Shown: positions 23,998-40,198 of the stretch, piece after piece
Layout of the letters: each line of letters opens with the position of its first letter
Numbering within the stretch: position 1 is the stretch's first letter
Assembly: GCA_000004695.1 (NCBI GenBank)
Contig: CM000153.2
Coordinates: 3,808,001-3,872,000 of the forward strand
Reading direction: 5' to 3'
From: Dictyostelium discoideum
Taxonomy: Eukaryota
Length of the DNA stretch: 64,000 bases
Notes under the pieces: model-generated
Seen by the model: only the letters and a program-made list of their open reading frames with translations
Told to the model about the DNA's origin: nothing
Databases searched by the model: none
Made by a program: the position numbers and the translations under genes

Positions 23998-26469
23998 TTA
24001 TAATGAAAAAGTTAAAATGATTAAAGATGAGATGAAAACGATTAAAGAAAAAGAAGGTGTTAAAAAGAATGATGAACTTGAATCAGTGGAATTTGAGGAT
24101 GAGTCAAATGATGATGTTGAGTTTGAAGAGGTAGTTGATGAAGCTGATGAAGAACCACCATAATAGAATCTACAAATATCATTCTTTGTACAAGTGAGTG
24201 GAGTTGCGAAACATGGACTTTCACAAATGAATTGAATACAGTTTTCAACCATACAACTACCATTTGTTAATGGTACACCAAGATTACATTCATTATCAAG
24301 TGCACATTGAGTAATTTTAGTTAAACTTTCTTGACATTGTAAATTGTAATTAGCAATTGGGACACATTTGGCTGTTGAAATTTCACTGCCACTTGTTGAT
24401 GATGATGTTGAATTTGATCCACTATTAGAACCACTTGAAGATAAATCACCACTAGATGATGATGGTGATGATGATGATGATGCAGTTGAATTCGATCCAC
24501 TTGAAAGCAAATCAGTAGAGTTTGAATTTGATGCACTTGATGATAGATCACCATTTGATGATGATGCAGTTGAATTTGATCCAGAATTTGATGATGAGGA
24601 AGAATTTGAAGCAGAAGATGAAGAGATAGAAGATGAAGCAGAAGATGATGAAGCAGAAGATGATGATTTATCACAAATACATTTTTCATAATCTAAGCTA
24701 CATACTGTTACATCATTTGAACAATCAGCACCAGTGATTAATTTATTACAAACACCATTGTAATCACAAACTAATCCTTGAGTTAAGTCACAATCCATTC
24801 TATTTAATAAATTGCTGTAACTTGTAAGAGTTGCATTTTCTTTAATTTTTAATGGAGTTGGATTATATAATGAACAATGTTCACCTTCTTTCTTTGTGAA
24901 TTGTCTTCTACAGTATTTAACTCTTTTACCTGGACCACTTGATGATGAAGATGTTGAAGAACCAGAAGCTGATGAAGAGCCAGAAGCTGATGAAGAACCA
25001 GAAGCTGATGAAGAACCAGAGGCTGATGAAGAACCAGAGGCTGATGAAGAACCTGATGCAGATGAAGAGCCTGAGGCTGATGAATCTGATGAGGAGGAAT
25101 TAGATGATGCAGATGATCCACTTTCTGACATTGAGTTACTTCCACTTTGAGCATCACGGAGTAATGAATTAGAATTGTCACTGTTATTACTATTGTTTGA
25201 TCCACTGTCGGATGTAGAGTTTGAACCAGAGTTGGAGTTGGAGTTTGAACCAGAGTTAGAGTTGGAGTTTGAACCAGAGTTAGAGTTGGAGTTTGAACCA
25301 GAATTAGAGTTTGAACCACTATCGGATGTAGAGTTTGAACCAGAGTTAGAGTTGGAGTTTGAACCAGAATTGGAGTTAGAGTTTGAACCAGAATTAGAAT
25401 TTGAGTTTGAACCAGAGTTAGAGTTTGAGCCAGAATTAGAATTTGAACTAGAATCAAATGAACTATCAGAGTCATCATCAGTTGGGTTAACAGAACATAT
25501 CATATCATAAGAACATTGGAAACTTGAATCACATTCATCACCTTCCTCTAACCATTCAACACATTCACCTTGATTTGGTAATGAAGAATCACAACGATAA
25601 TATTGACCGAATGAGCAAGCAGTTGTATCATAAACACCATCGATACAAATGGTTGGTGATGAACATTTATCATCTTTACAATTACCACTTGCACAATCAT
25701 CATTGGATTCACAATCTTGGCCAAAATTTAAAGTTCCTTTTTTATCTTCTTGACATGTACCATTGACACAAATTAAATCTTCAAAACAATTTGAAATTTT
25801 TCCAAACACAACAGTACAACTACCACCAACATTTACCTTTGGAACACAAGTGGCTTCACCAAAATTTGGGAATCCACTTGAACTTGAACCGCTACTTTGG
25901 CTAGAGCTTTCACTTTGACTACCACTTTGGCTTGAACTTGCACTTTGACTACCACTTTGGCTTGAGCTTTCACTTTGACTACCACTTTGGCTTGAGCTTG
26001 CACTTTGACTGCCACTTTGGCTTGAGCTTTCACTTTGGCTACCACTTTGGCTTGAGCTTGCACTTTGGCTACCACTTTGGCTTGAGTCTACACTTTGGCT
26101 ACTATTACCACTTTGGCTACCACTTTGACTACCACTTTGGCTGCCACTGTTAGCCCAAACAGGCATACAAAAGAAGCCTTGTTCACACATGTCGACTTTT
26201 GTTAAATCAAATCTTTAGAAATTGGAAAAATTAAAATCTTGAATGTTTCTTTTTTATTTTTTTATTTTTTTTTTTCAAAAGGTTTAGTATACTTACGAAC
26301 AGGGTGCATTAACAGGAGCATCACATTGATAATCAATACAAATTGGTGGTAAACCAATACTATCACTACTACTATGGCTACCACTACCTTCATGACTATC
26401 ACAAGATAATACTTGAGGAAGATAGTTATTTGATAAAAGTAAAATTAAAGTTGATAATAATAATTTCAT
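23998..26469 (-). CDS. Secreted Ser-rich, Cys-module cell-surface/extracellular-matrix-type protein with signal peptide and C-terminal GPI-like hydrophobic tail, 2 exons
   Basis: Exon 1 is 26297..26469 (MKLLLSTLILLLSNNYLPQVLSCDSH...CIDYQCDAPVNAPC, signal peptide), with donor GTAAGT at 26296-26291 and phase 2. Exon 2 is 23998..26212 (SFDLTKVDMCEQGFFCMPVWA...). It contains three Ser-repeat families, (SGSQSESSSQ)n, (SNSNSGSNSNSNSG)n and (GSSSAS)n, plus Cys-rich modules (CVNGTCQ, CASGNCKDDKC). The C-terminus FFLTPSFSLIVFISSLIILTFSL is a GPI-signal-like tail. About 795 aa. Confidence 0.7.
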
Positions 26470-27493
26470 ATTTTAAATGGTTTTTGAAATAAAAAGGAAA
26501 AAGAAGAAGATTGAAATTTAAAGATAAATATGTGGTTGAACATAAAATAAATATATGAAAAATATAATTTTTTTTTTTTTTTTTTTTTTAATTGATAATA
26601 AATATAAATAATATTTATTTATATTTTTTATTATTTAATTAAATAAATAAATAGTTGATTATTGTTGAATGGTTTGATTAAAATTTTTTTTTTTGTCCTT
26701 TTTATAGTTTTTTTTTTTTTTAGATTAAAATTTGATGATAAACATTTTTTTAGTTTTTTTAAGTAAAATCTTAATTTTAAAATGAAAATCACATTATTAT
26801 TAATAATGGATAAGGGACAGTCGTTTTTTTGTTCTTTTTGTGTGAAAGTTATTTATAATCAAAGAATCAAATAAAAATTAATTATTATAAATCGAATCAT
26901 TTTAAATTAAAGGGTTTTTTTTTTTTTTTTTTAAAATAAAAAAGTAAAAACGATGGGGATTTCACTTTTTTTTTATTTGTCAAAAAAAAAAAAAGGCAAA
27001 AATGTATTTTCTCATAAAATTATTTTTGGAAAAAAAAAAAAAAAAAAAAAAAAAATAAATAAAAATAAAAATAAAATAAAAAAAACTTAAAACTGGTTTT
27101 ATTATAATATTTAAAATCAAATAATATAAAATTCATACTCATTTATCTATTTATATTTTATTTATTTTAAATAAAATAATTTCTTTAAAACTAATTTTTT
27201 AAATAAAAATAATAATAATAATAATAATAATAAAATCCAATTAAAAAAAATTAAAATAAAAATACAAACATGAGATTTTATAGAGTAAAATTGAAATAAT
27301 ATTTTTTTTTGGAAATAAAATACTGTATTTTATAAATATTTGTTTAAATTTTTTAATTCTTAAAATCTCATTTTGTTGAGAAGAGAGGTTTTGTTTTAAT
27401 TTTTTTTATTTTTATTTTTTTTATTTTTTTTTATTTTTTTTATTTTTTTATTTAACCCATTTCTGAAGTTTGGAGTGTCAGCATGAATTTTTT

Positions 27494-27531
<38 letters not shown>

Positions 27532-27568
27532 CTCAAAAAAAGACAAAACAATAACTTTAAAAAGAGTA

Positions 27569-31446
<3,878 letters not shown>

Positions 31447-31545
31447 AAACCAAACAATTATCAAGTGATTCATTTCTTACTGTGATAATGTATTCAAAAA
31501 TAAAATAAAAATATTGCTACTTTAAATCTTTTTTTTTTATTATTA

Positions 31546-32504
31546 TTACTTTATTTTAAAATCTGATTCCAGTATTTGAATTGATAAATTATCTTTTGTT
31601 ATTATATTATTTGTTAAAGCATTATTATTATTATTATTATGATTATGATTAGTTAAATCTAAACAAATTGCAATTACAAAAGAGTTATTATTATTATCTT
31701 TATCATTTTTAAAAGGTTTAAAATAAGTGAATTGGTAATTGTTTAAAATTGATTTGTTCTTTTTATCATTTAATATAAATATTTGAGCAGTTTGATTTGT
31801 TTGATCAATTATAAATTCAAAACTTTTCAATTCAATGTTTAAACCTTTACCATCAGCTTTTATATAACTTTCTTTTAAACACCAATGAATGAAAAATAAA
31901 TCAATTTTACTTTGATCATCTTTACCTTGATTAATTATTTTCCATTCATTATCTGTAAAACATGATGACATTGTATCAAAGAATTCACTCATCTTTAATA
32001 TATTAGTACCTGATTATATTTTATTAAAATATATATTTATTTATTTATTTATAAACTTACTTTTTGATTACGTGGTATTTTGCAATCCATAATATCAATT
32101 CCAATTGAATCAGATATTAATGAACCAATTCCAATCACCCAATTTGAGTCATGTGAAATATTAAATGAGAATTTATTAGAAATTGTTGTTGTTGTTGATA
32201 GATATGGTTTGTTTGATTGTGTTCTTTTAAATTTTATTGAATTATAATCTAATGATAACATTTTATTAACTAATTCAATCATTAATCTTCTACCGATAAT
32301 CGATGATTTTGCACTATCATTGTCTTTACCAATTAACCAACTTCCATCTTTATTTGGTCTTTTGAAATTACTAATTCTATTACTTTCAATAGGATCATTT
32401 ATAAAATCATTAATTTCTTTCCACTCAATATCATTTGGTTTCCATTTTGAAATATCAAACCCTAATAATAAAATATTTACTAATTCTTTTTCATTTTGGT
32501 TCAT
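31546..32504 (-). CDS. 4'-phosphopantetheinyl transferase (Sfp/AASDHPPT/Lys5 type), 2 exons
   Basis: Exon 1 is 32061..32504 (MNQNEKE...FNISHDSNWVIGIGSLISDSIGIDIMDCKIPRNQK), with donor GTAAGT at 32060-32055. Exon 2 is 31546..31992 (MSEFFDTMSSCFTDNEWKIINQGKDDQSKIDLFFIHWCLKESYIKADGKGLNIELKSFEF...*). It is collinear with human AASDHPPT (IPEFFHIMKRKFTNKEWETI...WALKESFIKAIGVGL). About 296 aa. Confidence 0.85.
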
Positions 32505-32552
32505 TATTATTATTATTAATATTATTATTAATAAAGGAAAATAAATAAAGGG

Positions 32553-32603
<51 letters not shown>

Positions 32604-33365
32604 GGTTTGTGTGGTTAAAAATAAATTAATATGAAAATATTTAAAAAATAAAAAAAAAAATGATTTTGACTTTTTTTTTTTTTTTTTTATTTTTTATTTT
32701 TTCTAAACGAGATCAAAGTGAATTACTATCTCATTTATCCAGATAATCTTAGAGTATATTAATACTCCAATTTTTTATCATTTTTAAAATAAAAATAAAA
32801 ATTAAAAAAAATCACATTGTGAATTAATGTTGACATATCAAAAATTATTTTAAATTTGCAAAAAAAAAAAAAAAAAAAAAAAAAATTTAATTTCCATGAA
32901 TCAAATTGTTTATTAAAAATATTGAAGTTTGTGTGTGTGAGAGTGTGGTTTTAATCTTTTAAAATTAAAATCCTAATCAATGGATCATTTTTTTAATATT
33001 AAAAATTTATTTTATAATTATTTAATTATTTAATTTTATTTTTTTTTTTAAAAAAAAAAGAAAAAATAAAAAAAAAAAAAAAAATTTATTAAATATTTTT
33101 ATTTTTATTTTTAAAAATATAATATAATCAATAACAAAAACCTATCACGAATTCTCACTTTGGTTTTTTATTTATTTTTATATATGAAATAAAAATAAAG
33201 TTTAGGGGGCGACCTGGAAAAAAAAAAAAAAAAAAAAATTTTACCTTATTGATAAGTTATTTTGATATTGTAAGTTAAATTCAAATTAATACATATTAAA
33301 ATGTTTATTGATTTGGTGTTGGTGGTAATAGTGGTTTGTTTTCCATCAACAAAAAGTATTTATTT

Positions 33366-33399
<34 letters not shown>

Positions 33400-34190
33400 T
33401 ATTATTATTTTTTTTTTTAAAAAAATATTTATTATTTCACTCACTCTCACTCTCTTTCTCTCTGTATTTATGATGTTTTTTGCAAGAAATTATAAATAAT
33501 TGAATCTACCCCTCACATAAATAGAAAAAAACACACTCACAAAATCTAATAAAATACACAAAAAAAATAAAAAATAAAAAAATAAATAAAAAAATAACAC
33601 CCCCCAACTCATATCAAAGATAAAGAATATTTAAATCTTTTTTTGTATTTTCAAAAAAAAAATTCATTTATTTTTTATAATAAAATAGAACACATAACAA
33701 TATTTTTTTTTATTTGTAGTAATATTTGTTAATTCTAATATTATTTTATATTGAATTATTTTTTATATGTAAAGTAATTAAAATTTTTTATAATTATTAT
33801 AACCTTAATTTATTTTTAAAATTATTTTTATTATTATTATTTTTTATTTTTTATTTTTATTTTCAAAATTAATTTTTATTTTTTATTTAATTGTTCACAA
33901 ACACATTTAACAACCTATTAAAAAAATTTTAAATTTTAAAAATTATAATATAAAAAATTTTAATAATAATAATAAAAATAATAATAATAGTAGTGGTACC
34001 ATTTTAAAAAAATTTATATTTATTTATTTTATTTCAAATAATTTTTAAAATTTATTTTTTTATTTAATTTAATTTTAATTATTTTTAATATTTATTCTAA
34101 TCTATTACCAATTTTTTTTCTTTGTTAAATTAATTTCGAATTTTAATACAGATAAAATACAAATTAAAAAAATAATAAAAAACACAATAG

Positions 34191-34241
<51 letters not shown>

Positions 34242-34245
<4 letters not shown>

Positions 34246-34530
34246 ATTCTACAAATACAATTTCGTTTTGTTGTGTTTCATGTGATGTATCATTATATGG
34301 CGATGTGGTTCAAGGATTTGAAACATTATTACCATGTAACCATACATTATGTAATGAATGTGAAAAAGAATCATTAGCAGTTAAATCTTGTAAATCATGT
34401 TGTTCAGACATTTTATATCATTTTCCAAATAAATATTTAAGACAATTATTAATTTTAAATCAAAAACAATTACAACAACAACAACCTCAACTTAATCAAC
34501 AACATCAACAACAAATTCCACAAGAACAAG

Positions 34531-34592
<62 letters not shown>

Positions 34593-36554
34593 ACAAAAAA
34601 ATCAATTTCAATATATTCAGAAAAACGTCATAGTTCAGAAGCAAATCAAAGTAGTTTTGTAATTTCAAAATCTAGCGATAAAATAGGAAAATCACCATCG
34701 CCTTCATCATCGTCATCATCATTTTCATCATCACCGCAATCATCACAAAGCGCAGAAGGTTCAGAGATTGATAGTAATGAAGAAGAGAATGATATTTGTA
34801 ATCAACATAATAAACAATTGATATCGTATTGTTTAGATTGTAATTGCAATATTTGTCAAGATTGTATAGATCAAATTCATAAAGAGCATAGAGAATTACA
34901 AATTGATAGAAATACGATCAATCAATTTGTTTTAGATGAAAGATCATACTTACAACAACAAAATCAAGTTCATAACCCATATTTAACACCTCAACAACAA
35001 CAACAACAACAAAATTCATCATTAGATCATCAGCTATTTGAATTGGTTAAACAGATAAAGTTATCAAAAGTTTTTAAACAACAATCTATTAATCACTACT
35101 CTGGGGAGTTTAAAAAGGTTCAAGACGAATTCCATGTCTATAAACAATTGATTGAAGAGCGTAGATTATATTTATTGAAATTCATAGAGAATCAATTCAA
35201 ATCCGAGCAATTACAATTGGATGAGCAAATTAAAACCTTGGAAAATCAAGCAGATATCATAAAGAAATGTTTAACAGATATTAAATCCCAAGATAAAAAT
35301 AAATTAAAAATAGTTAGAAACCTCTCAAAAATTAATATTAAATTAACGAAAATGGTAATCAATTCAAATAATGTAAACAATTATCAATATATTCCACCAT
35401 CGATTGCAAATCCAGATTTAGTTTCAATGTCTGATAAATTAAGATCATTGGGTAGAATTAATTATTCATTTAAAGATAATCAACATTTATTGGCTTTATC
35501 AAAGGAGAGATCATTCCAATTCGATATTGATTCAAATCATTTCCTTCCCTACAGTGAGCACCATCATGATAGTAATCCAATGAAAGATACTATACTTGCT
35601 TATAAAGTTATATCCTATCATGATATTTCCAATGGTAATCAAGTTAATAATTGTTTAGTCACAATTTCGGAGAATCAAAAATCTGGACAAATTGAAATCT
35701 CAAAACTTCAAGTGAAATCAAATCAAATTCAATCGAAAATAGTTGTACCATTGAAATCGTTTAAAACAAATTGCTCAGCTTGTTTCACAAGTAGTTTTAA
35801 CTCTGCCGCCACTTCTTCCACCACTGTTGCGAATTATGAAATGTTTTTAATTGGTGGTATCAATCATAAATCTAAAGATCTTTTAAAAGAAATAGATAAA
35901 TATAATTTACAAACCAACAAATACGAACCAATGGTTGCAACATTATCAAAACCTAAATATGGTTGTTTAACTTGTTTCGATGGGTCTCGTTATATTTATA
36001 TCTTTGGTGGTATTTTCAAATCACTACAATTAAGTAGAGCTTTCATTGAAATTGAAAGATTGGATATCACCACCAATAAATGTGAAATCATATCAAAGTT
36101 TCAAGATCCTGATCTTTTAGATTTCAGTAAAAGCCCATTAATTGCATGTCATTTTCATTCAAACTTTATTTATTACTTGACCAATAAATCATTCAAAAGA
36201 TTTAATCTTTCCAAGAATACTTTTGAAAATTTGGATTTCCCAAATCCAACACTATATGGCGATGTTGCCAATATTAATGGTTCAATATCTTTGATGTACG
36301 ATTCTGGTAGATTCATTCTATTATTTAATGATAATATTTTCCTATTCCCACTCTCTCAATTAAAACCTACTGATGTTGCTCCATTGAAATGGTATCCAAA
36401 ATATACTAAAATTAACTCTACTGATTTCACCTCCTCTTCAATGTCTTGCTTAAATTTAATTGGTTCAAAACAATCTTGGCAACAACAATCTCAAAATCCT
36501 TCTTATTTAGTTCAAAACTTACATGGTTTATTAATTTATAATGAAACTCATTAA
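34242..36554 (+). CDS. TRIM-like protein: N-terminal Cys-rich RING-like finger, B-box zinc finger, poly-Q, coiled coil, C-terminal Kelch-type beta-propeller repeats
   Basis: Single 770-codon ORF. The RING-like cluster is CCVSCDVSLYG...LPCNHTLCNECEKESLAVKSCKSCC. The B-box is CNQHNKQLISYCLDCNCNICQDCIDQIHKEHRE. (CAA)22 at 34529-34593 encodes poly-Q. Kelch-like blades are MFLIGGINHKSKDLLKEIDKYNLQTNKYEP and RYIYIFGGIFKSLQL. Confidence 0.7.
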
Positions 36555-37014
36555 AAAAAAAAGAAAAAAAAAAAAAACAACAACACCTGTATATAAATTC
36601 TTTTTTTAAATTACCTCTATCATATCATTTATTTATAATAAAATAAAAATTATGTAAATATCATAATTTTTTTTTTACTCAAAATTAAAAAATTATATAA
36701 TGTTAGGGAATTTTTAAAAATTTGTGATCAAAATAATGGAAAATACTAAATGCCATATCTCATTTTTAATATTTTTTATTTATTTATTTTTTTAGTTTTT
36801 TAAAATTTGTAATAAAAACAATTTAAAATAAAAAAATTTAATAATCTTTTTTATTATAATAAATTTAAAATTAAACAAAAATTATTAATTTTAATATTAT
36901 TTTTTTTTTTTATTTTTATTTTTTAAATACACTAAAATAAAAAAAATAAAAAATTGGATATTTTTAAAGTTTCAATTTAAACTACTAAATTTTTAATAAT
37001 TAAATTTTGTTTGA

Positions 37015-37042
<28 letters not shown>

Positions 37043-37047
<5 letters not shown>

Positions 37048-37398
37048 TATTATTATTTCGTTTTGTTTTATAATCAATTGGTACCAATGAATTGTCTACT
37101 CTCTTTGCAGCCGATACTACTGCATTACATAGTCTTAACCAGTGAAGTTTATTTACAGTTGGTAATAAATCTCTAATTGAATAATATTCATCTGTACCAA
37201 AGTTTGACTTTTTTGACAATCCAAAAGGACCAAGAAAGCAAAAAGTAAAGCATATTCTACAACATATCTCGCTTTTGTGGGATAATCTGGTAACATGTCC
37301 ATATCTTTTCCGGTTCTACTAATCATCTCTCTTAATCTATTTGCATCTATACCTAAAAAATAACTATTTACTAATGTTGATAAATTTGTTTCATCCAT
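37043..37398 (-). CDS. Small hypothetical protein (~100-110 aa) whose coding frame switches -1 midway (either a 53-nt intron 37208..37260 or a 1-nt homopolymer indel); product unidentified
   Basis: The ATG is at 37398-37396. Frame a reads MDETNLSTLVNSYFLGIDANRLREMISRTGKDMDMLPDYPTKARYV... with good AT3 codon bias. From about 37260 downstream the codon bias moves to the -1 frame (SNFGTDEYYSIRDLLPTVNKLHWLRLCNAVVSAAKRVDNSLVPIDYKTKRNNNK*, stop 37045-37043). The segment is distinctly less AT-rich than the surrounding spacer. Confidence 0.45.
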
Positions 37399-37827
37399 TT
37401 TTTTCTATTACTTTCTTTTTTATTGTTTTTTTCTTTGAGACAGCTGTGAAGTAAGTAAGCCAATATAAAATGTTTGTTTTTTTCTTGTGTTTTTTTTTTT
37501 TTTTAATTAATTATATTATATTATTAAAAATAAAAAAAAATAAAAAAAAAAGAAAAAAAAAAATTATTTCCAATCCTCTTTCCTATTTCATTTTTTTGAA
37601 TAATTCCCATTTTTGGAACTTTATTTTTAATAATATAAAAATACACCCCGCCGAAAATTTTATAAAATATTTTCAATATTTTTTTTTAAGTTTAAAAAAT
37701 TTTCCCCCTTTTTTTTTCAATTTTTTATTTTTTTTTATTTTTTTTTTTTTTTTATTTTATTTATTTGTTTATAAATTTTTTTTTGTGTGTATTTATTTCT
37801 TTATTGAATTAAAAATAATACCACACA
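37399..37827. promoter_or_regulatory. Divergent promoter region between the small frame-discontinuous gene (minus) and RFC1 (plus)
   Basis: A 429-bp AT-rich spacer between two divergently oriented start codons. It contains a short GC-containing island (gagacagctgtgaagtaagtaagcc, 37437-37461) and long T-runs. Confidence 0.3.
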
Positions 37828-40163
37828 ATGGCAAAAAAAGCAAATAAAGAACAATCACCAAAAAAAACTTCACCTACATCATCACAAGGCTCGACTGCGA
37901 CAAAGAAAAAAACGAAAACATCTGAACCAGCAGGAACTGTGAGTAAATAAATTTATCATTCCAATCTTTTTATAAACATTTTTTAATTTTTTTTTTTTTT
38001 TTTTTTTATATATATAAAAAATAGGATATTAGAAATTTCTTTGCAGTAATTAAACCATCAACTAGTGGTGAAAATGTTAAAAATGATTTATTTAGCAAAG
38101 CAAAAGAGGATAGTAATAAAGAATTTTCATTGTCAGACAAAGAAAATGATGATGTTAAAATCATTAGCAACAAAAAAGATACAACTAACAATGATAAAAA
38201 GAAGCCATCAGAAAATAAATCACCTAAAAAGAAAGAACCATCAAAATCTATTGATTTAACTTCTGATGAAGATAAAAGTTCAAGTGAAGAAGATAAAAAG
38301 AAACCATCTTCATCTTCTTCTAAAAAGAAACCATCATCTTCATCTTCTTCTTTACCAAATAAAAAAAAATCAACATTAAAAAGATTAAAGAAAAAAAGAG
38401 ATGATTCTTCATCATCATCATCATCATCAGAGTCAGATTTTGATTCAGGTTCAGATTTAGATATAGAATCAATAGACCAAAAACCAAAAACGATAACAAA
38501 AAAAAAGAATTTAAAAAGAAAATCAAAACCAGATTCATCCTCGTCAAGTGAGGATGAAACTAAACATCAAAAAGATAAGAAAATTAAATTAAAAACACCT
38601 GAAAAAAAAATAGAAGAACCTGAAAAGAAAGTAGAAATACCATCATCAACTTCATCAATATCATCTTCTCAAAAGAAAATTGTTTATTCATTTGAAGATT
38701 CAGAAGATTCAGATGCTGATAAACCGATTCCACCTTCTAAAAAACCTTCAGCAGTAGTTGTAAATGCACCCTCAACAAAAACATTTGAAAAGAAAAAAGA
38801 AAATACTGATATACCACCATCACCATCAAAAACAAAAGAAACAACTTCAACAACTACTGATACAAAACCCATAAAATCACCAAGTAAATCAAATAAAAGT
38901 ACAACACCAACAACAACAACACCAATAACAACAGAAAAGAAAAAAATAGCACAACTTGAATTTGAATCACCAATAGTTTCAATAACAGCAATTGATACAG
39001 AAAAGAAAAAAGATGGTAATAAAGATAATAAAAATAAGGAAAAAGATAAAGATTCATCACCATTTGATGAAATGGAAATTGAGGAATCAAAATCCAAAAC
39101 CATTATGCCAAATAATAATAATAATAATAAATCAAAAGAATCATCAAGTTCAACTACAAATAGTAAAAATAATACATCAATGAATGATGATTTAATATTT
39201 GATGATTTTGCGTTTTCACCAATTAAATCAGGTTCAAATAAAACAACTCCATCTAAATCAACCTCTTCTCCATCTAAAGAAACTACACCAATTAAAACAA
39301 GATCAAAAACTGTTGAATCTAAATTTGATGATGATTCAATATTTGATTCTCCTGATAAAAAAACTACAACTACCACTGCCTCTAATACAAAAACTAAAAC
39401 ACCTCCATCAAAGAAAGATAAATTCAATCATGATATTATTTTCGAGGAAAGTGATACACCACTTAATCGTGCTATTGAAGATTCTATTGTAAAGAGATCA
39501 TTGTCAGGCTTAAATAATATTGATAAAGATTCAAAAACTACAACAACAACAACAACAGAAAAAAAACAAAAACTAAAATCAGACCCATTTGATACTGAAA
39601 CCGAAGAAGAAACAGAAGATGAAGGTGATGAACCATTATATAAACAACAATCATCATCATTTGGAAGTGGTTCAATTAATCCAACCGCCACACCAACTAC
39701 ACCAACAAAGAAACCAGCAGCCACATCAACAAATGCAACACCAACTAAAAAACCAAATCCATTTATGTACATGAATGGAAGACCAACACCACCAAATAAA
39801 GGTTCAAAACCAAGACCTCAGGGTAAAGAAAATTGTCTTAGAGGTAAAGTATTTTTGGTTAGTGGTGTAATGGATTGTTTTGAAAGAGATGAAATGCATG
39901 ATATCATTAAAAGATGGGGTGGAAAAGTTGCAAAATCTGCCGTTAAACTTTTGAACTATTTAGTTAGTGGTAAAGATGTTGGTGAAAAGAAGTTAGAGGG
40001 TGCTAAAAAAGTTGGTGCTAAAATTATTACTGAAGATGAATTTTTAGAAATGATCAATAAAACTTTACCAAAACCAGTTTCGACAACTGAAACTACTCAT
40101 ATTTCCTTACCAACTCCAACTCCAACTCCAACTCCAACCCCAGCATCATCATCATCATCATCA

Positions 40164-40198
<35 letters not shown>

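Noticed and set aside
37200-37260. Resemblance of minus-strand GCTTTCTTGGTCCTTTTGGATTGTCAA to the 5' end of U2 snRNA (CGCTTCTCGGCCTTTTGGCTAAGATCAAG)
   Set aside because: The universally conserved branch-point-binding GUAGUA box and the Sm site are absent downstream. The similarity is limited to a T/C-rich 12-mer, so it is judged coincidental.
37330-37370. GTAAAT...TTTTTTAG pair inside the first exon of the small 37043..37398 gene
   Set aside because: It is only 19 nt apart, too short for a spliceosomal intron. It is a coincidental match in AT-rich coding sequence.
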